Shown here: positions 59,086 through 64,000 of the stretch, in pieces
How positions within the stretch are numbered: position 1 is the first letter of the stretch
Layout of the letters: each line of letters opens with the position of its first letter
Source of the DNA: Pseudomonadota bacterium
GTDB taxonomy: Bacteria; Desulfobacterota; Desulfarculia; Adiutricales; JAGVGV01
Reading direction: 5' to 3'
NCBI GenBank assembly: GCA_043806915.1
Contig: JAZDGM010000102.1
Coordinates: 4,476 to 68,475, forward strand
DNA: 64,000 bases
Program-made: the position numbers and the translations under genes
The notes under the pieces: model-generated
The model's database searches: none
Told to the model about the DNA's origin: nothing
The model's input: only the letters and a program-made list of their open reading frames with translations

Positions 59086-62000
59086 ATGTTGCGTCAAAAA
59101 GGCTCGAAAAGGTTTTTCCGAATTTTCGTTGCTTTTATTCTGTTCTCACTTGCGACCACGGCTTTTTCCCTTCCGTCGGCCCAGGCTGCGGTGTTTTTCG
59201 TGAATCGTGGGGCGGCCGTCGGCGGCGACGGGTCTAACTGGGCCCTGGCCAAGCGGACCATAACCTCGGCCCTGCTGCTGGCCGAGGCCGGCGACGAATT
59301 ATGGGTCGCCCAAGGGACGTACCCCGAGTCCGTCGACATGAAAAGCGGGGTGGCCTTGTACGGCGGATTCACGGGTAATGAAACCACCCTGGACGCCCGG
59401 GACTGGGAGGCCAACCGGACGATCATCGACGGAAGCACGGCCCGGGACGGATTGCCGGCCTATCATGTCGTGGTCATGGATAATTTGGTGAATTCCCGCC
59501 TGGACGGATTCACCGTTACGGGAGGGAAAGCCGACGGATCCTGGTACGATACCAATGGGCGTGGAGGAGGCATTTGGGTAAGCGGCGGAGATAAAACCAT
59601 CGTTATCACTCACTGCCTGGTTAGGAAAAATAACGCTTCGGGCTCTGGCGGCGGCTTATACCTCGAAAATTCCTCGGCGACGATATTTGATTGCGTCATC
59701 AGTCAAAACCTGTCCACTTCCGAGGGCGGAGGGGGAGTATTTTTTCAAGATTCCTCTCCTACGCTTAATAATTGCCTGATCAACGACAATCAAGCCACCC
59801 GTGGCGGCGGCGTGGGCGTTAACGGCGCCTCGCCGGCTTTGACGAACTGCCTTGTCATCGGGAACCAAGCCGGAAAAGGCGGCGGGATTTATAGCGAAGG
59901 CTCCTCGCCGACCCTGGCCAACTGCACTATCAGCAACAACCTGGCTTCCTCCGGAGATAATTCCGGCGGCGGGTTGGCTTTGTATAATTCATCGCCCGCC
60001 ATCACCAATTGCATCGTGAGCGGGAACCATGCTTCCACCGGCGGAGGCATTAGGTGTGAACAAGGTTCCGCGCCGATCCTCACCAATAATTTATTTGACG
60101 ACAACGATCCCGATGATTATTGGAACCAGGATAGTCAGGATTCCTACACCAGCGCGGCGGTAATAAACACGCTGGTAAATAGCGCCTCGGGAAACCTGGA
60201 CGGCGATCCCATTTTCGTCATGGGTCCTCACGGACAATGGACATCGGCGCCGGTCTATGATTCCACCACAGGAAGAACCACTTTCACCGACTCAAGGGCC
60301 TCCTTTTCTCCCGGCGCCTTGAAGGGGCGCCTGCTCAAGCCGGAGGTCGGATTACGCAACCATGTCTTAATCATCGACAATACCGCGACCGCCATCGTCA
60401 CGTCCCTGGAGCAAAGCGACCTAGCCGACGTCATGTCCCCGGACGAAACCTCCTTGGTCGCGTCCGGCGATACTTATCAGGTCGTCGACTGCCACTTGGC
60501 GGCCGGTTCGCCGGCCATCGACGCCGGCGCCGCCTCCGGGGTCCCGAACACGGACTTTGACGGCCAAGCTAGACCGAACGGTTCGTGTTGGGACATCGGG
60601 ACGGACGAATATTATAAAGGGTACGCCGATGTCGCACCGGCTCTTTACAAAGTGGAAATTGAATCCACCAATAAGGTCAAGGCGTTCTTCACCAAGGCCA
60701 TGGGGGCCTCGGCCCTTCTGGCGAGCAATTACACTGTTTCGGGAGCCGGGCAGGGGACCCTGGCCTCTCAACCAAACAGCGTTCTCAAGGTTGACGACTA
60801 CACCTATCGCCTCGTCTGGACGTCGGGACGAGTGGAAAACAACCAGGAACTCACCCTAACGGTCGCCGGAGTCACGGACGCCGGCGGAACGGCCCTGGGA
60901 AGTCCGGACAGCGCCGTGGTTACGGTCAACATGAGCGACGCGCTTTCCCAAGTAGAGATGGGTCCCGCCCAGACGACCTTGGATTTCGAGGTCCCGTTCA
61001 CTTTTTCGACCGGGGACGTGGGGCTGGCGAGCGTCCGGCTCTTTTACAGTAAGGATGGCGGGGCCTGGACTCAATACGGCGACACATACACCGACAGCCC
61101 CATATCCTTTGACGCTTCCACCACGGGAGGCGAGGGTTTTTATGAATTTTACACCCTGGCCGTGGATAATTCCGGCTTTGAGGAAGCGCCGAAAAACAAG
61201 GCCGACGATCGGACCCTGGTGGCGACAAGCTTTTCCGGCTCCCGTCTGTATGTAAACAGTTCTCTTGCTACAAGCGGCTCCGGTTCGTCCTGGGGGGAGG
61301 CTTGTCATGATATAGGCGCCGCGCTGGTCTTGGCCCAGGCCTATTCGATAAACGAAATCTGGGTGGCGGAAGGCCAGTATCAGGAATCCCTGACCATGGT
61401 CAGCGATGTTTCCCTTTACGGCGGGTTTACCGGAACCGAGACCCAACTCTCTGAGCGCGATTGGAAAAAACACCAGACCATCATCGACGGAAGCACGGCC
61501 CGGGGAGGCTCGCCGGCCTATCACGTCGTGATCATCGAAAGCCTCGTCAACACGCGGCTGGACGGATTCATAATTACCGGTGGAGACGCCGGCGATAATC
61601 AACATGGCGGTGGTATTTACGCATTATATTTGAACGAGACCAATACCATAGCCAACTGTTTCGTTTTCGGTAACGATGCTAATTGGGGCGGCGGAATTCA
61701 TTTTGGGGACTCTTCCGCAATCCTGACCGATTGTGTCGTCAGCGGAAACCACACCGCACACTTTGGCGCCGGAATTTCAGTATTTAATTCCTCCCCGACC
61801 TTGACCAATTGCATCATTAGCGGGAACAAGACTGACGGTGGCGGAGGAGGAATTGGGTTATATTATTATTCATCTCCGACCATAGTCAATTGCACTATCA
61901 GTAATAATTCAGCAAATTACAACGCCGGCGTCTATCTGTATGCAGCCGACTCGAATCCAAACATTGCTAACTGTGTTATCAGTGATAATATCAATAATAG

Positions 62001-64000
62001 CGATTCCGGCGGCGCGGTTAACTTTATTGCCTCATCCGGCGTTTTGAACAATAATTTGTTTTACGGCAACTCGAAGGCGGACGTCTGCGACGGAAACGGA
62101 AACTGCTATACCGGCGCCGAGGATATCAACGACAATATTTCCACGGCCAACAACAACATCGACGGCGACCCCCGGTTTGTCATGGGCCCCTTGGGGCGCT
62201 GGACCGCGCCGCCGGTTTACGACTCCTCGACCAATTTGACGACCTTGACCGATGGGAATGGTAATTTTACAGCAGACGGCCTCAAGGGATTCGTGATCAA
62301 TCCCAAGGTCGGACAATATACTCACTCGGTCATTGTATCCAATACAGCCACGACCGTCGCCGTATACGGCGACTTGACCGGAACAGCCGCCGAGGGTGGA
62401 GTATATAGGGTTTACGACTATCACCTTGGGTTTGGTTCTCCGGCCATCGACGTCGGCAAGGACGTAGGGGCGCCGGCCAAGGATTTTGACGGCGAAGCTC
62501 GGCCCAACGGCCCCGCCGTCGACATCGGCGCGGACGAATATTATCCCGGGTACGTCGGCTCCGGCGAAGCTTGGTTGTACCAAGTCCAGGCCGAATACTC
62601 CTTTCGCGTCAAGGTCACGTTCAGCAAGTCCATGGGCGATGGAGCCCTCGACCCGGTCAATTACACGGTCTCGGGCGCCGGCCAAGGGTCCTTGGCCGAT
62701 CATCCGGACAAAGTGGAAAGCCTGGGCGCGGCTGTTTACCGCCTGTTATGGAATTCCGGGGAGATGCTCGGCGGCGGAGATGTGACCATCACTGTCGCGG
62801 ATATCTCGGACCTTTCCGGAACTCCCATTGGTGAGCGCAACAGCGCAACCAATATTGGCGGAGGAATCGGCGTCGCTCCCGAGGTAACCGGAGTGGTCGT
62901 GGTCAGCCCGACGTCGGTTGATGCAACTTTCAGCGAAGCCATGGGCGGCGATGCTCTGGAGCCCGCTTATTATACTCTTACCGGGTCCGGTCAGGGAACC
63001 TTGGCCATCAATCCGGACTCGGTGGTCAAGCAAGACGATAAGACCTATCGCCTTATATGGTCCAATGGTGAAATGGTTCAGGGTGGAGATGTGACCATCG
63101 CCGTGGTCCAGGTCGCCGACGCTCTGGGCAATCTCATCGGCGAGGACAACTCGGCCATTCACCTCCAGGGCGGCCAAGGCGTCCCGCCGGAGGTTCTTAA
63201 TATATCAGTCGTAAGTTCCAACACCGTGGACGTGACATTCAACGAAGCCATGGGCGCCGGAGCGAACGAGTTCATACACTATGCCATGAGTGGGACCGGT
63301 CAAGGCTCCCTGGCCGTCAATCCCCATCATGTGGAATTACAGGGTGGTAATACATATCGGCTTACATGGTGGGGCGGCGAAATGTTCATCGGGGGGGATG
63401 TGACCATTACCGTAACTGGCGCCGCGGATGCCCTTGGTCATTTGATCGCGGGAAAAAATTCAGCTTCCGTGATTGGCGGAGGCCTGGGGACGCGTCCGGA
63501 ATTGTTGGGTTTGGCCGACGAGCCTGATATCGTCCGGGAAATGAATTGGACCTGCGTGACCACGGAATCCAATTATTTTCGCTATAAACTGGACCGAAGC
63601 CCGGACTGGACCCCCACTGAAGATTATGAACAAGTAAGCAGTTATGCCTGGTGGGATAGTGCTAATGGATATCTAAGCAGTCTGAATGTAACCCTCAACT
63701 CATCGACGCCTGGTTATTCTGACGGGAAATGGTATCTGCATGTGCAGTCCCGGGACGAGGCTGGGAACGAAAGCGCCATCGTCACCGTCTCGGCCGTCTT
63801 GGATAACACACCGCCGACGATAATCGGCCTGTCCGATCAACCCGAACCCGTCACTTCGGTGACCTGGAATTGGGACGCCGACGAACCATCTGTGTTTATT
63901 TATTCTATAGATCAGGACCCCAATGGCTCGCCGCCGTGTTGTGATTATTCCGATATTAAAACCGCCACCCGGTCCGAAATGGAAAATTGGGATGCAACCT
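59086..64000 (+). CDS. giant secreted protein (more than 1638 aa, open at the window end): two tandem right-handed beta-helix plus choice-of-anchor-Q-like modules, four SbsA-type Ig-like repeats, further Ig-like domains
   Basis: Not in the ORF track because there is no stop before 64000; I translated it by hand in frame 1 without finding a stop. Three in-frame ATGs (59062, 59074, 59086). Signal peptide ..FRIFVAFILFSLATTAFSLPSAQA. Beta-helix rungs (..NCLINDNQATRGGGVGV..NCTISNN..). DYHL..GSPAIDVG..DFDGEARPNG..DIGADEY occurs twice. YTVSGAGQGSLA..YRLLW..GGDVTITV occurs four times. Confidence 0.85.
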   Translation, partial: MLRQKGSKRFFRIFVAFILFSLATTAFSLPSAQAAVFFVNRGAAVGGDGSNWALAKRTITSALLLAEAGDELWVAQGTYPESVDMKSGVALYGGFTGNETTLDARDWEANRTIIDGSTARDGLPAYHVVVMDNLVNSRLDGFTVTGGKADGSWYDTNGRGGGIWVSGGDKTIVITHCLVRKNNASGSGGGLYLENSSATIFDCVISQNLSTSEGGGGVFFQDSSPTLNNCLINDNQATRGGGVGVNGASPALTNCLVIGNQAGKGGGIYSEGSSPTLANCTISNNLASSGDNSGGGLALYNSSPAITNCIVSGNHASTGGGIRCEQGSAPILTNNLFDDNDPDDYWNQDSQDSYTSAAVINTLVNSASGNLDGDPIFVMGPHGQWTSAPVYDSTTGRTTFTDSRASFSPGALKGRLLKPEVGLRNHVLIIDNTATAIVTSLEQSDLADVMSPDETSLVASGDTYQVVDCHLAAGSPAIDAGAASGVPNTDFDGQARPNGSCWDIGTDEYYKGYADVAPALYKVEIESTNKVKAFFTKAMGASALLASNYTVSGAGQGTLASQPNSVLKVDDYTYRLVWTSGRVENNQELTLTVAGVTDAGGTALGSPDSAVVTVNMSDALSQVEMGPAQTTLDFEVPFTFSTGDVGLASVRLFYSKDGGAWTQYGDTYTDSPISFDASTTGGEGFYEFYTLAVDNSGFEEAPKNKADDRTLVATSFSGSRLYVNSSLATSGSGSSWGEACHDIGAALVLAQAYSINEIWVAEGQYQESLTMVSDVSLYGGFTGTETQLSERDWKKHQTIIDGSTARGGSPAYHVVIIESLVNTRLDGFIITGGDAGDNQHGGGIYALYLNETNTIANCFVFGNDANWGGGIHFGDSSAILTDCVVSGNHTAHFGAGISVFNSSPTLTNCIISGNKTDGGGGGIGLYYYSSPTIVNCTISNNSANYNAGVYLYAADSNPNIANCVISDNINNSDSGGAVNFIASSGVLNNNLFYGNSKADVCDGNGNCYTGAEDINDNISTANNNIDGDPRFVMGPLGRWTAPPVYDSSTNLTTLTDGNGNFTADGLKGFVINPKVGQYTHSVIVSNTATTVAVYGDLTGTAAEGGVYRVYDYHLGFGSPAIDVGKDVGAPAKDFDGEARPNGPAVDIGADEYYPGYVGSGEAWLYQVQAEYSFRVKVTFSKSMGDGALDPVNYTVSGAGQGSLADHPDKVESLGAAVYRLLWNSGEMLGGGDVTITVADISDLSGTPIGERNSATNIGGGIGVAPEVTGVVVVSPTSVDATFSEAMGGDALEPAYYTLTGSGQGTLAINPDSVVKQDDKTYRLIWSNGEMVQGGDVTIAVVQVADALGNLIGEDNSAIHLQGGQGVPPEVLNISVVSSNTVDVTFNEAMGAGANEFIHYAMSGTGQGSLAVNPHHVELQGGNTYRLTWWGGEMFIGGDVTITVTGAADALGHLIAGKNSASVIGGGLGTRPELLGLADEPDIVREMNWTCVTTESNYFRYKLDRSPDWTPTEDYEQVSSYAWWDSANGYLSSLNVTLNSSTPGYSDGKWYLHVQSRDEAGNESAIVTVSAVLDNTPPTIIGLSDQPEPVTSVTWNWDADEPSVFIYSIDQDPNGSPPCCDYSDIKTATRSEMENWDAT

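Noticed and set aside
59094-63177. Numerous minus-strand and off-frame ORFs (for example 60856..61605, 62032..62703, 62746..63177) in the last 5 kb.
   Set aside because: All lie within the open frame-1 giant ORF, whose translation shows coherent beta-helix and Ig-like repeats. The track omits that ORF only because it has no stop inside the window.

Overview
This is a 64-kb chromosomal segment of roughly 60% GC by eye. Its gene content (sigma-54 and sigma-28 flagellar promoters, PAS/Cache/HDOD signalling proteins, type-2 LeuCD, archaeal-type ApgM, Thermus-type AsnRS) suggests a Desulfobacterota-like bacterium; the taxon is inference only. Product calls come from motif recognition in the supplied translations, because no searches could be run.

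Gene order:
- 1-6.1 kb: a giant hybrid histidine kinase with eight PAS units, followed by a receiver gene.
- 6.5-11.2 kb: a GntR regulator with LeuC-like, LeuD-like, LeuB/TtuC-like and HMG-CoA-lyase-like genes.
- 11.7-15.4 kb, minus strand: a putative flagellin-modification operon (CgeB-like GT, GT9, methyltransferase, duplicated Maf-N-like modules). It is broken by a frameshift exactly at a G8 tract.
- 15.9-21.3 kb: flaG, a 591-aa flagellin, fliD and fliS, with recognisable sigma-28 and sigma-54 promoters.
- 21.9-29.1 kb: yajD-like HNH protein, a MocR regulator, a PAS hybrid kinase and a Cache-HAMP-PP2C phosphatase.
- 29.5-53.4 kb: housekeeping genes (mfd, two SurA-like PPIases, asnS, rodZ, an acyl-CoA ligase, recO, a CheD-HDOD fusion, rluB, rpmB, DUF523, purN, purM, recG, aminotransferase-hom-ApgM-like-thioesterase, AICARFT-only purH).
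- 53.6-55.3 kb: an AT-rich, gene-poor island.
- 55.3-64 kb: a surface-protein cluster with an STN-like secreted protein, a 5x PKD-like protein, and a beta-helix/Ig-repeat protein of more than 1638 aa that is open at the window end.

I found no rRNA, tRNA, CRISPR array, transposase or integrase.

Best candidates for something new:
1. The G8-interrupted flagellin-modification gene, a possible phase-variable switch, with its unusual domain shuffling.
2. The AT-rich island and the homopolymer-bearing giant adhesin cluster.
3. The GntR-controlled LeuCD / dehydrogenase / HMGL-like module.
4. Three families of short intergenic repeats shared between distant loci.
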